This document shows positions 16,834 through 26,215 of a stretch of 53,366 nt of DNA, piece after piece. The stretch covers positions 1 through 53,366 of the forward strand of contig JAJFHY010000114.1 of the NCBI GenBank assembly GCA_021775375.1, in the 5' to 3' direction. The stretch's first letter is position 1. Each line of letters begins with the position of its first letter. The position numbers and the translations under genes are program-made. Origin of the DNA: Amylibacter sp. (GTDB taxonomy: Bacteria > Pseudomonadota > Alphaproteobacteria > Rhodobacterales > Rhodobacteraceae). The notes beneath the pieces were generated by a model. That model was given only the letters and a program-made list of their open reading frames with translations, was not told the DNA's origin and made no database searches.

Positions 16834-17892
16834 ATGGACACTGATGTTATTGTCATCGGGGGTGGCCTGTCTGGTCTTGCCCTTGCCGATCAACTACAAC
16901 GCGCGGGTGTTGCGTATCAGGTGCTAGAGGCGCGTGCGCGGTTTGGTGGCCGGATTAAAGCTGCATATGTTGGGGGTGCCGGATTTGATCTGGGGCCGTC
17001 ATGGTTCTGGCCGGGGCAACCACGTATGGCTGCTATGGTGGAACGGTTTGGCCTGAAGGTTTTTGATCAATACGCAAATGGTACGCTAAGTTTCGAAGAT
17101 GAAGCGGGGGCGGTTCATCGCGACGTTGGGTTTTCCTCAATGGAAGGATCATACCGTATAGCAGGCGGGATTACCGCGCTGATCGACCCGTTGGTTTCTG
17201 GTCTTGATCAGCGCAATATTATGACGGATGCGGTTGTGTCGGCGATCCATGAGGCAGACGGGGTTGCTGTTGAATTGCAAAGCGGCGTGACGATAAAGGG
17301 CAAACGTGCCATTTTGGCTTTACCACCGCGCGTGGCGGCTGAATTACGATATGAGCCTGAGCTGCCGTCTTTGGCAATTAAAGCGATGCGGTTAGTTCCT
17401 ACATGGATGGGTGGACAGGCAAAGTTTGTGGCGGTTTATGATCGCCCTTTCTGGCGTGAAGACGGCTTATCAGGTGACGCGATGAGCCGGCATGGCCCAT
17501 TGGTGGAAATTCATGATGCAACGGACCCAAACACGGGTCTTGGGGCATTGTTCGGATTTGTCGGTATCCCTGCGCATATGCGACATGGGCATAGTGAAGC
17601 GGTTAAATCAGCTGCTATTGAACAGCTGGGGCGGCTTTTCGGGAAGCAGGCATTGTCCCCCAAAGAGATATTTTACCAAGATTGGGCGCAGCAGGTGGAA
17701 ACCGCGTCTGATCTTGATTTTGATCCGGTAAGCGAACACCCGCATTATGGTTTACCAGCTTCATTATCGGGGCTTTGGGGTAAACGTTTGCACATGGGAT
17801 CAACTGAAATTGCAACACAGTTCGGTGGATATTTGGAAGGTGCACTAGAGGTTGCGGAACATCTTGCCCAAGATTTAATTGCTGATAGATAG
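16834..17892 (+). CDS. Flavin monoamine oxidase family protein
   Basis: VIVIGGGLSGL, LEARARFGGRI, DLGPSWFWP, GGYLEGAL; start taken at ATG 16834. Confidence 0.87.
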   Translation: MDTDVIVIGGGLSGLALADQLQRAGVAYQVLEARARFGGRIKAAYVGGAGFDLGPSWFWPGQPRMAAMVERFGLKVFDQYANGTLSFEDEAGAVHRDVGFSSMEGSYRIAGGITALIDPLVSGLDQRNIMTDAVVSAIHEADGVAVELQSGVTIKGKRAILALPPRVAAELRYEPELPSLAIKAMRLVPTWMGGQAKFVAVYDRPFWREDGLSGDAMSRHGPLVEIHDATDPNTGLGALFGFVGIPAHMRHGHSEAVKSAAIEQLGRLFGKQALSPKEIFYQDWAQQVETASDLDFDPVSEHPHYGLPASLSGLWGKRLHMGSTEIATQFGGYLEGALEVAEHLAQDLIADR

Positions 17893-17941
17893 GGGTGATA
17901 CAACCCCCCTGCGGGCAGTCTGGAAACTTGGGAGAAATGAC

Positions 17942-18769
17942 ATGGAAATCGTATCTGAAAACACCTGTTTTGGTGGTGTTCAAGGTGTTTATAAACACGC
18001 ATCTGCCGCTTGTCAGTGCGACATGACATTGGCGGTTTATCTACCACCGCAAGCAAAGCTGAAAAAAGTACCTGTGTTGTGGTTCTTGTCAGGTTTGACC
18101 TGTACGCATGATAATGCGATGACCAAGGCAGGGGCGCAAGCGTGGGCGGCTAAATACGGGATTGCATTGGTGTTTCCGGATACCTCTCCGCGCGGCGAAG
18201 GGGTTGCGGATGACGATGCATATGATCTGGGGCAGGGTGCCGGGTTTTATGTAGATGCGACACAAAAGCCATGGGCGCCACATTTTAACATGTGGACATA
18301 TGCAACACGGGAATTGCCTGATCTGGTTGCGACAGAATTTCCTGTTATTGAAGAAAAACAGGGAATTACAGGACATTCCATGGGCGGACACGGTGCGCTG
18401 AGCATTGCGATGACTTTGCCTGATCGCTATACATCCGTTTCCGCATTTGCACCAATTGCAAACCCGACCGCATCCGACTGGGGGCGCAAACAATTGGGTG
18501 CCTATTTAGGGGCGGATGAGGCTGCATGGGTGCCACATGATGCGTCGCTTTTGATGGTGGAACGCGGGTTTCATAATCCTGTTTTGATTGATCAGGGCAC
18601 GGCGGATAATTTCTATGATCTGTTGAAACCACAAGCACTTGCAGATGCAATTATCGAACGTAAACAAGCGGCCAGCATGCGGATGCAAAGTGGATATGAC
18701 CACAGTTATTTCTTTATCCAGAGCTTTATGCAGGATCATGTGAAGTTTCACGCGGAATTATTGAAGTGA
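17942..18769 (+). CDS. fghA: S-formylglutathione hydrolase
   Basis: LSGLTCT, PDTSPRG, GAGFYVDAT, GHSMGGHGAL, GYDHSYFFI. Confidence 0.95.
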   Translation: MEIVSENTCFGGVQGVYKHASAACQCDMTLAVYLPPQAKLKKVPVLWFLSGLTCTHDNAMTKAGAQAWAAKYGIALVFPDTSPRGEGVADDDAYDLGQGAGFYVDATQKPWAPHFNMWTYATRELPDLVATEFPVIEEKQGITGHSMGGHGALSIAMTLPDRYTSVSAFAPIANPTASDWGRKQLGAYLGADEAAWVPHDASLLMVERGFHNPVLIDQGTADNFYDLLKPQALADAIIERKQAASMRMQSGYDHSYFFIQSFMQDHVKFHAELLK

Positions 18770-20815
18770 TACAATTTCCCGCCTGAAGAGTTGTTCTGCA
18801 ACCTTGTCAGGGTCTTCCTCAAAATTCCTGGCAGCCATGTGGCCAGCATAGACCGCGTCGGCTATTAGACCCGGGGCGGCGGCGTCGCCGATCAGTTCTA
18901 AGGTTTGAAACTTTGTATCGCTTGTTTTCAGCGTGTCATACAGATTGCTGTGACGGGCGCGTTCCGTGATCAGAAGAACCGCACCGCAGGTGATTTCCTG
19001 TGATTGCCCTGAATAGGTGCAGGCCAATACGCAGCCCATGGCACTGATCGCAGCCAGTTCCTGACCTGTGTGAATTGTCACGCCAAGTTCTATCAGACTT
19101 TTCTGGATACGTTTTTGCTCTAAGGTCAGCTCGGTCCAGGGCGATACCATGCTGGCGGGGGTTGCGAAAATCACCTTGTGACCAGCTGTGGCCAGATGCT
19201 CAGCCAAGACGCCGCCGATATATATCTGGTCGTCATCATAGATTACAATGGGACCGTTTTTAGGCATTCTACCTGCCATAATGTCGTCGGGGGTCAGGAT
19301 CGACATAGTGCTTGCGATCTTAAGCGGGCGACGACTGCTGCGCCCGATACCATCACGCCGCCAGCTGGAACCGGTGGCAATGATTACGTTTGGAATGCCA
19401 AGTTCGATGACGTCCTTGGCGGTTAGGTTGCTTTCCATGAATATCTGCACGTTGGCGCGTTGTTGCAGATCGTAAATCCGGTGGTCGGCAACGCGTTTCC
19501 ATGCGCCCAAGCCGTGCAAACGGGATTCAGTGGCAACCCGGCCGCCCAGTTCTTTGCCGGCTTCTGCCAGTGTTACCTGATAGCCGCGTTTAGCCAGTTG
19601 CATCGTGCATTCCAGCCCTGCGGGACCTGCGCCCACAACCAAAGCATGATCTTCTGCACCTTTAGGGGCGATGTTTTCCGGATGCCAGTCACGGCGCCAT
19701 TCCTCGCCCATTGTGGGGTTTTGGGTGCAACGGATCGTGATGCCCAGATTGTCGCTGGAGACACAGATATTACAGCCGATACATTCACGGATCTCGTCAA
19801 TGCGACCGTCTTTTATCTTCTGCGGCAGAAAGGGGTCGGCGATAGAAGGGCGTGCAGCGCCGATAAAATCAACCACACCGCGCTTTACCATCGAGAGCAT
19901 CATATCGGGTGAGGTCAGGCGGCCGACCGCAACTACGGGTTTGGTGGTGACTTGTTTGACGAACTCAATGTAGGGTGTCTGGTAACCGTCGTTTGGCTGG
20001 TACCGCGTTGTGGCACTGTCGTTTGACCAATCGGACACGTTAACGTCCCACAGATCGGGTAATTCTGCCAGCATTTCAACAACCGCGCGGCCTTCTTCAT
20101 GGGCCTGCATGCCATCTATGCCCTGCATCTCATCCACGGCAAAGCGAAAGGCAACGGCGCAGGTATCACCGACCTCGTCATGGGTTTCCTCCAGTAATTC
20201 ACGGATCAAGCGAGCGCGGTTTTCCAGGCTGCCGCCGTATTCGTCTGTGCGGTCGTTGAATTGCGGTAACAGAAAATGATGCGGCAGGGACATATGATGG
20301 CCTGCGTAAACATAGATCACGTCAAAGCCTGCTTGTTTGGCACGGCGCGCAGCGTTGCGGTGCCAGTTGCGAAACTCGCGGATGTCGGATTTATCCATGG
20401 CGCGAGCCTGTTTGGGGCAAGCGAAATCGATTGACATGTCGGAAGGTGCAAGAACGGGCGCGCGGGTTAGCATGTTGGCGGCATGATTGCCGTTGTGGAC
20501 AAGTTCTACCGCAGCTAACGACCCTTTGGCGTGAACGGCTTCTGTCATCAGGCGTAGGGCGGGGATGTCGCGTTCGTCCCACAGACGTTGTTCGACATAG
20601 GGTGACAGATCGGAACTGGGATGGATTTCGGTTTCTTCGGTGCTGACAACACCCCAACCCCCTTCGGCTTTCATAGCGCGCATGGCCGCGTGGGCTTGTG
20701 GTCTGACATGACCCATGCCGCAGCAATGCGGGACTTGGTAAAAGCGGTTCGGTGCGGTGACCGGGCCGATTTTTACAGGTTCAAACAGGGTGGAATATTT
20801 GTTGTTATTAGACAT
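18758..20815 (-). CDS. Histamine/trimethylamine dehydrogenase-family iron-sulfur flavoprotein (6-S-cysteinyl-FMN type)
   Basis: NRFYQVPHC, RTDEYGGSLENR, AARPSIADP, CIGCNIC...CTQN 4Fe-4S motif, VVGAGPAG. Confidence 0.88.
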   Translation of the reverse strand: MSNNNKYSTLFEPVKIGPVTAPNRFYQVPHCCGMGHVRPQAHAAMRAMKAEGGWGVVSTEETEIHPSSDLSPYVEQRLWDERDIPALRLMTEAVHAKGSLAAVELVHNGNHAANMLTRAPVLAPSDMSIDFACPKQARAMDKSDIREFRNWHRNAARRAKQAGFDVIYVYAGHHMSLPHHFLLPQFNDRTDEYGGSLENRARLIRELLEETHDEVGDTCAVAFRFAVDEMQGIDGMQAHEEGRAVVEMLAELPDLWDVNVSDWSNDSATTRYQPNDGYQTPYIEFVKQVTTKPVVAVGRLTSPDMMLSMVKRGVVDFIGAARPSIADPFLPQKIKDGRIDEIRECIGCNICVSSDNLGITIRCTQNPTMGEEWRRDWHPENIAPKGAEDHALVVGAGPAGLECTMQLAKRGYQVTLAEAGKELGGRVATESRLHGLGAWKRVADHRIYDLQQRANVQIFMESNLTAKDVIELGIPNVIIATGSSWRRDGIGRSSRRPLKIASTMSILTPDDIMAGRMPKNGPIVIYDDDQIYIGGVLAEHLATAGHKVIFATPASMVSPWTELTLEQKRIQKSLIELGVTIHTGQELAAISAMGCVLACTYSGQSQEITCGAVLLITERARHSNLYDTLKTSDTKFQTLELIGDAAAPGLIADAVYAGHMAARNFEEDPDKVAEQLFRREIVSLQ

Positions 20816-20861
20816 TACGCATACCTTAAGAATTTGATTGTATAGTGGCAGATTTTATGAA

Positions 20862-20879
20862 ATTATACAAGTGTATAAT
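20862..20879. promoter_or_regulatory. TetR-type operator palindrome
   Basis: ATTATACA-AG-TGTATAAT (perfect 8-bp arms) in the 78-bp divergent intergenic region. Confidence 0.7.
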
Positions 20880-20893
20880 AAGAAGTAACTGAC

Positions 20894-21526
20894 ATGAATG
20901 ATTCTCGTAAAAGTTTCAAAAGGGAAGCCCCTGATCAGCGTCAGGATGCACTTATTGATGCGACGCTGTCGTTGATTGCGACCGGTGGGCCGGAAGCTGC
21001 AACCGTACGCAACATTGCTCTGAAAGCGGGGGTCACCCAAGGATTGATCCGGCATTACTTCTCGACCAAGGAAGATTTGATCGGTGCTGCCTATGAACGG
21101 CATATGACGACGATGCGTTATGCCACATATTCGACGCTTGAACGCGAACTGCCCGGTGCGGTGGCCCGACTTGGTGCACTTGTGACGGCGTCTTTGTCGC
21201 CACCTGTCACGGACCCGCGCGCTATGGCATTATGGGCGGGTTTTATCCAGTCTGTTCAACGGGATACGGCAATGCGGGCGATCCATGAAAAAACCTATTT
21301 CCAGTTTCGAGATCAGTTACAAGTGCTAATCAATGAGGCGTTTATCGAAGTGGGGCAGCCCAAGGATAAGATGGATTTGCGCAAATTTGCAATCGCCTGC
21401 AACGCGGTATTGGACGGCTTGTGGCTGGAAGGCAGTGCGCTACCGGATACATTTGAGACAGGCGAGTTGCCTGCAATCGGATTAGCGTCAATTGGCGCAA
21501 TCCTGGGTATAAAACTGGAGGTATGA
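20894..21526 (+). CDS. TetR family regulator (BetI-like C-terminal domain)
   Basis: RQDALIDATL...ATVRNIALKAGVTQGLIRHYFSTKEDL; AVLDGLWLE. Confidence 0.9.
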   Translation: MNDSRKSFKREAPDQRQDALIDATLSLIATGGPEAATVRNIALKAGVTQGLIRHYFSTKEDLIGAAYERHMTTMRYATYSTLERELPGAVARLGALVTASLSPPVTDPRAMALWAGFIQSVQRDTAMRAIHEKTYFQFRDQLQVLINEAFIEVGQPKDKMDLRKFAIACNAVLDGLWLEGSALPDTFETGELPAIGLASIGAILGIKLEV

Positions 21527-22722
21527 CAGTGAAATTTGCATCTAGAACCAAGTGGCTTGCCGGCTTGGGCAGTGAAAAATGGGCGGTGCATTTGCGTGCG
21601 CTTAAAATGCAGGCCGAGGGGCGTGATATTATCAAGATGACCATTGGTGAACCTGATGTGCCACCGCCGGAAGCGCTGATAAAAACGGCTGTTGCGGCGA
21701 TGGAAAACGGGCGTACACGTTATTCAAACGGGCGTGGGGAAACGAACCTGCTTGCAGCTCTTTCCGAACGCTACACACGCAGTTCCGGGCGAGTGATCGG
21801 GCCTGACCAATTCATTTGCCTGCCGGGGACACAATCAGCACTTTATGCGGTCATGCAAGGCATTGCGCAGATGGGTGATGAGATTTTGGTGGGTGACCCG
21901 ATGTACGCGACATACGAGGGGGTTATTGCAGCCAGTGGTGCAACAACGGTTCCGGTGCCGATCAGGGCAGAAAACGGTTTTCGGATTTCAGCGGCGGATA
22001 TTGCCGCAAGAATTACGCCGCAAAGTCGTGCGATCCTGTTAAACAGCCCGCATAATCCTTCGGGCGCGATACTGACGGCTGATGATATTGCACAGATAGG
22101 GGCTTTGGCGATCAAGCATGATCTGTGGATTATTGCCGATGAGGTTTATGAGGAACTTGTGTTTGATACGGGCACTTTCACATCAGCGCTTGTGTCACAG
22201 GAACTGGCTGATCGGGTGATTGTGGTGTCGTCGATTTCCAAGTCCCATGCCGCACCGGGATTTCGCAGCGGTTGGTGTGTTGGTTCTTCGGATTTTATAA
22301 AGCGCCTTTTGCCTGTGGCTGAGACAATGTTGTTTGGCAATCAACCGTTCATAGCCGATATGACGGCAGAGGCGATTTCAGCGCCTTCCGATGTGGCTGC
22401 AGGGATGCGGGCGCGGTTTGCGCGGCGTGCTGATGTTTTATTTGCAGCCCTTAACGGCGCTGCAGGTTTACAGGTGTGCAAACCACAAGCAGGTATGTTC
22501 GCACTGGTTGATATTTCTGCGACAGGAATGGGAAGCGAAGAATATGCGCTGGATTTGCTGGAAAATGCCGGTGTTGCAGTGATGCCGGGCGCGTCATTTG
22601 GTGCGTGTTTAACCAATTGGGTACGTGTTGCGCTGACGGTTGAAGATGAAACTGTGATGCAAGCCTGCGAACGGATTACAGAGCACGCAACAACATTGCA
22701 AAAACTGAAGGAAGCATCATGA
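21523..22722 (+). CDS. aruH: Class I PLP aminotransferase, arginine:pyruvate transaminase (AruH)-like
   Basis: IGEPD, GTQSAL, DPMYATYEG, NSPHNPSG, DEVY, SISKSHAAPGFRSGW; adjacent to an aruI-like gene. Confidence 0.75.
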   Translation: MTVKFASRTKWLAGLGSEKWAVHLRALKMQAEGRDIIKMTIGEPDVPPPEALIKTAVAAMENGRTRYSNGRGETNLLAALSERYTRSSGRVIGPDQFICLPGTQSALYAVMQGIAQMGDEILVGDPMYATYEGVIAASGATTVPVPIRAENGFRISAADIAARITPQSRAILLNSPHNPSGAILTADDIAQIGALAIKHDLWIIADEVYEELVFDTGTFTSALVSQELADRVIVVSSISKSHAAPGFRSGWCVGSSDFIKRLLPVAETMLFGNQPFIADMTAEAISAPSDVAAGMRARFARRADVLFAALNGAAGLQVCKPQAGMFALVDISATGMGSEEYALDLLENAGVAVMPGASFGACLTNWVRVALTVEDETVMQACERITEHATTLQKLKEAS

Positions 22723-24290
22723 CAACGATCGGGGAAGCGCTGGTTGCGCAATTGGAAGAGCGCGGTGTGGAAGTTGTGTTCGGTATACCCGGCGTGCACA
22801 CGGTCGAATTGTACCGCGGTTTGGCAGGATCGAACATCCGCCATATAACGGCACGCCATGAACAAGGTGCAGGCTTTATGGCCGATGGTTATGCGCGGGT
22901 TTCTGGCAAACCGGGTGTGGCGTTTTTGATCACCGGGCCCGGTTTGGCCAATGCGTTTACACCCATGGCACAGGCACGCGCGGACAGTAGTCCGATGTTG
23001 GTCATATCGGGTGTGAATGCACGCGCAACATTGGGACGTGGTCTGGGTTGTCTGCACGAATTGCCTGAACAGCAGAAAATGACTGCAACACTTGCTTTGG
23101 CCTCGACACAATTGGGCACAGATACTGATCTTACGCCTGCATTGGATCAGGCTTATGATCTTTTTGAAAATCACCGCGGCGGCCCTGTGCATATCGAAGT
23201 GCCAACAGATGTGATGAAGCTGCCTTATGAGGTTGCGCGTAAAGCTGCGGTCGTAAACCCTGCTAAAGCAGAGGTGGATATGACGGAGGTGGCGGCGTTG
23301 TTAAAAGCGGCGAAGTCACCAGTTATTATTGCTGGCGGAGGCGCACGCTGGGCGGAAAGTGATCTGCGTGCACTTGCTAAGCGGTTGGATGCACCTGTGG
23401 TGGAAACCGTGAACGGGCGCGGGCTTTTACATGGGGATACATTGTGTGTGCCTGCAAGCCCAAGCCTGAAATCGGTGAACAAGCTGATCGAGGCGGCAGA
23501 TGTGGTTTTGGCCCTGGGAACCGAATTCGGATCGACGGATTACGGCATGTGTGGTACCTCTTGCCCACCCGCCATGGCGAAGTTGATCCGCGTTGATATA
23601 TCCGCCGACCAACTGGCGCGTCATCCTGTGGATTATCCGATATGCGGGCGTGTGGAAGATGTGCTGCCGGGTGTGTTGCGGGCTTTGGGTGACGGTGTTG
23701 CGCAAAATAACGGTGCGGACAGAGCCGGTACTGTCAGAGATGAAGCATGGGATGAAATTGGCGAAGATTACCGCGTGCAGGTTGGATTGCTTGAGACCAT
23801 CCAAGACGCTTTGCCAAACGCGATTTTGATCGGTGACAGCACGCAAGTGATATATGCGGGCAACCTTTATTATGACCATGACCGCGTCGGTGGTTGGTTT
23901 AATGCGGCCACCGGATTTGGTGCGCTGGGCTTTTCAATTCCTGCCTGTGTCGGGGCTGCTTTGGCTGATCCGACAGCGCAGGTGGTTTGTTTGGTAGGCG
24001 ATGGTGGTGCACAGTTTACAATGCCTGAAATAATGGTGGCCGTGGACGAAAAACTGCCGATCCTTTTTATAGTCTGGAACAACCACGGATATCAGGAAAT
24101 TGAAACCTCGATGGCACGTGCGGGGGTGACGGTTGTTGGTTGTGATCCGACACCGCCCGCATTTGAATATATTGCAAAAGCTTGCGGTATACCGTTTCAA
24201 AGCTGCGAAATGACCAGTGAAAGTTTGGCCAATGTGTTGCGTGCCCCACGCCCGCAAGATGGCCCGATGATGATTGAAATCAAGGCTTAG
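22719..24290 (+). CDS. aruI: ThDP-dependent 5-guanidino-2-oxopentanoate decarboxylase (AruI)-like
   Basis: VFGIPGVHTVELYRGL, RHEQGAGFMADGYAR, GDSTQ..YAGN, GDGG...WNN ThDP motif. Confidence 0.8.
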   Translation: MTTIGEALVAQLEERGVEVVFGIPGVHTVELYRGLAGSNIRHITARHEQGAGFMADGYARVSGKPGVAFLITGPGLANAFTPMAQARADSSPMLVISGVNARATLGRGLGCLHELPEQQKMTATLALASTQLGTDTDLTPALDQAYDLFENHRGGPVHIEVPTDVMKLPYEVARKAAVVNPAKAEVDMTEVAALLKAAKSPVIIAGGGARWAESDLRALAKRLDAPVVETVNGRGLLHGDTLCVPASPSLKSVNKLIEAADVVLALGTEFGSTDYGMCGTSCPPAMAKLIRVDISADQLARHPVDYPICGRVEDVLPGVLRALGDGVAQNNGADRAGTVRDEAWDEIGEDYRVQVGLLETIQDALPNAILIGDSTQVIYAGNLYYDHDRVGGWFNAATGFGALGFSIPACVGAALADPTAQVVCLVGDGGAQFTMPEIMVAVDEKLPILFIVWNNHGYQEIETSMARAGVTVVGCDPTPPAFEYIAKACGIPFQSCEMTSESLANVLRAPRPQDGPMMIEIKA

Positions 24291-24298
24291 AGGATAAA

Positions 24299-25081
24299 AT
24301 GACAGAACATTCTTATGAATTTACCCGTGCGGTTACCCGTAAACCAAGTGCCAGTATTGTAGACGGGCTGCGGGCGGCTGACATTGGTACGCCGGATCTT
24401 GATCAAATGCTGAAAGATCATGCGCATTATGTGGCTATTTTGCGCGAAACAGGTGCGAAAGTCGTGGAATTACCTGCGTTGGAAGCCTATCCCGATGCGG
24501 TGTTCGTCGAAGACACGGCCCTGTGCCTGCCTGAAGGCGCTGTTATGATGCGCCCGGGTGCACCGTCCAGGGCAGGGGAAGTGGACGGCATGGCCCCTGT
24601 TTTACGGGACATTTACGATGATGTGCTTGAAATAAGCGGCCCGGGGTTTATTGAAGGTGGTGACATTCTAACCACGTCTAAGGAAATCCTTGTGGGTCGC
24701 TCCGCGCGTACGGATGCCGCAGGTGTAGCCGAGCTGCAAAGCCTTGTTGATCAGTGGGGATATAGCGTGCGCGAAGTGTTTACGCCCGAAGGTGTGCTGC
24801 ATTTCAAAACTGACTGTTCTTTGTTGGATGCCGAGACAATTTTATCAACTAAACGGCTGGATGCATCGGGGTGTTTTGAAGGCTATAACGTTATTCATAC
24901 GAGCGATGGGGAAGAAGCGGCTGCCAATGCAATCCGCTTCAACCAGTTTGTTATTATGCCAGCAGGGTTTCCCAAAACCTCTGAACGATTATGCGCGGCG
25001 GGGTACGATGTGCGCGAGGTCAACAACACGGAATGCGCCAAGCTGGATGGTGGCATGTCATGTTTGTCACTGCGGTTTTAA
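24299..25081 (+). CDS. ddaH: Dimethylarginine dimethylaminohydrolase (pentein superfamily)
   Basis: PDAVFVEDT, RPGAPSRAGE, EGGD, LHFKT, KLDGGMSCLSLRF (Asp/His/Cys triad present). Confidence 0.85.
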   Translation: MTEHSYEFTRAVTRKPSASIVDGLRAADIGTPDLDQMLKDHAHYVAILRETGAKVVELPALEAYPDAVFVEDTALCLPEGAVMMRPGAPSRAGEVDGMAPVLRDIYDDVLEISGPGFIEGGDILTTSKEILVGRSARTDAAGVAELQSLVDQWGYSVREVFTPEGVLHFKTDCSLLDAETILSTKRLDASGCFEGYNVIHTSDGEEAAANAIRFNQFVIMPAGFPKTSERLCAAGYDVREVNNTECAKLDGGMSCLSLRF

Positions 25082-25678
25082 TTCAGCAAGCCGGGTTTCC
25101 AATTCAATGATCCTGTCTTGTAGAACTGAGACCGATTTTTCAATGTCGGGCAATGTATAGCGTTCGGTGATATGTTGTGGGCAATTCCAATCAAAGCCCT
25201 CAACAGTGATGACAAAACCACGTTCGATATGGCCGCGGTAGTCGGGCATTTGCAGTTTTTCAATTATGTCCGGTTTATCAAGGCCGACCAATGACACCCG
25301 CCCCAGAAGTTTCAGGCGGGTTTTATTGGCGTAATCCATGAAGAACAAAGAGACGCGGTCATCTTTGGTCAGGTTGCCAACGCTGACATATTGCTTGTTG
25401 CCTCGAAAATCGGGCATTGCGATGGTTTTTTCATCCAAGATTTTAACAAAGCCCTGCGGCCCGCCGCGATGCTGGACATAGGGCCACCCGGTTTCGCTGA
25501 CTGTCGCCATATAAAGGCTGTCACGGGCAGAAATGAATGCTGCTTCATTCGGGCCGAGCAGATTGTTGTAATCCTCTGACGGCTCTTCCATGCGGGTGTA
25601 CATTTTGCGGCTGCCCATATTGGATTGGATAGACTTAACGGTGTCTGTAAAGGCAATTTCTGCGAATTTATGTCCCAT
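25067..25678 (-). CDS. Pyridoxamine 5'-phosphate oxidase-like FMN-binding protein
   Basis: ATVSETGWPYVQHRGGPQGF, DFRGNKQYVSVGNL, DWNCPQHI. Confidence 0.88.
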   Translation of the reverse strand: MGHKFAEIAFTDTVKSIQSNMGSRKMYTRMEEPSEDYNNLLGPNEAAFISARDSLYMATVSETGWPYVQHRGGPQGFVKILDEKTIAMPDFRGNKQYVSVGNLTKDDRVSLFFMDYANKTRLKLLGRVSLVGLDKPDIIEKLQMPDYRGHIERGFVITVEGFDWNCPQHITERYTLPDIEKSVSVLQDRIIELETRLAELKPQ

Positions 25679-25687
25679 AATAACCTC

Positions 25688-26155
25688 CTATAAACCTAGA
25701 TCGCTTAGGCCCGGGTGATGGGCAGGGCGCGGGCCTTTTGTCCATTTGAATTTGCGGTCAGCTTCGGTAATGGATAGATCGTTGATGCTGGCAAAACGGT
25801 ATTTCATCAGGCCGTTTCCATCAAATTCCCAGTTTTCATTGCCATAAGAACGAAACCAGTCACCTGCATGATTGTGCCATTCATAGGCAAAACGCACAGC
25901 GATGCGATTATCCGTAAATGCCCAAAGCTCTTTGACCAGGCGGTAGTCCTGTTCGCGTTGCCATTTGCCAGTCAGGAACGCGATAATTTCCGCACGGCCT
26001 TTGGGGAATTCATTGCGGTTGCGCCAGATACTGTCGGGCGTATATGCCAGTGCAATTTTCTCGGGGTTCTGGCCGTTCCAGCCATCTTCGGCGGCGCGAA
26101 CTTTTTGTATGGCGGTGTCTTTTGTAAAGGGTGGAAGCGGGGGACGTTGTGACAT
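25688..26155 (-). CDS. DUF1348 / SnoaL-like (NTF2-fold) protein
   Basis: [48 protein letters not shown]. Confidence 0.9.
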   Translation of the reverse strand: MSQRPPLPPFTKDTAIQKVRAAEDGWNGQNPEKIALAYTPDSIWRNRNEFPKGRAEIIAFLTGKWQREQDYRLVKELWAFTDNRIAVRFAYEWHNHAGDWFRSYGNENWEFDGNGLMKYRFASINDLSITEADRKFKWTKGPRPAHHPGLSDLGL

Positions 26156-26180
26156 GGGATTTATCCTTTTAATGTATGGT

Positions 26181-26205
26181 GGGGCGCAAGGGAGGATTGC
26201 GCCCC
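26181..26205 (-). other. Intercistronic hairpin (probable mRNA stabiliser)
   Basis: GGGGCGCAA (26181-26189) / TTGCGCCCC (26197-26205). Confidence 0.5.
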
Positions 26206-26215
26206 GATGTTTATA

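Noticed and set aside
22341-23192. 283-aa antisense ORF (also 41694..42521, 12999..13697, 51671..52258, 45653..46204 and many shorter ones)
   Set aside because: They lie opposite well-supported genes and have no recognisable motifs; they are typical shadow ORFs
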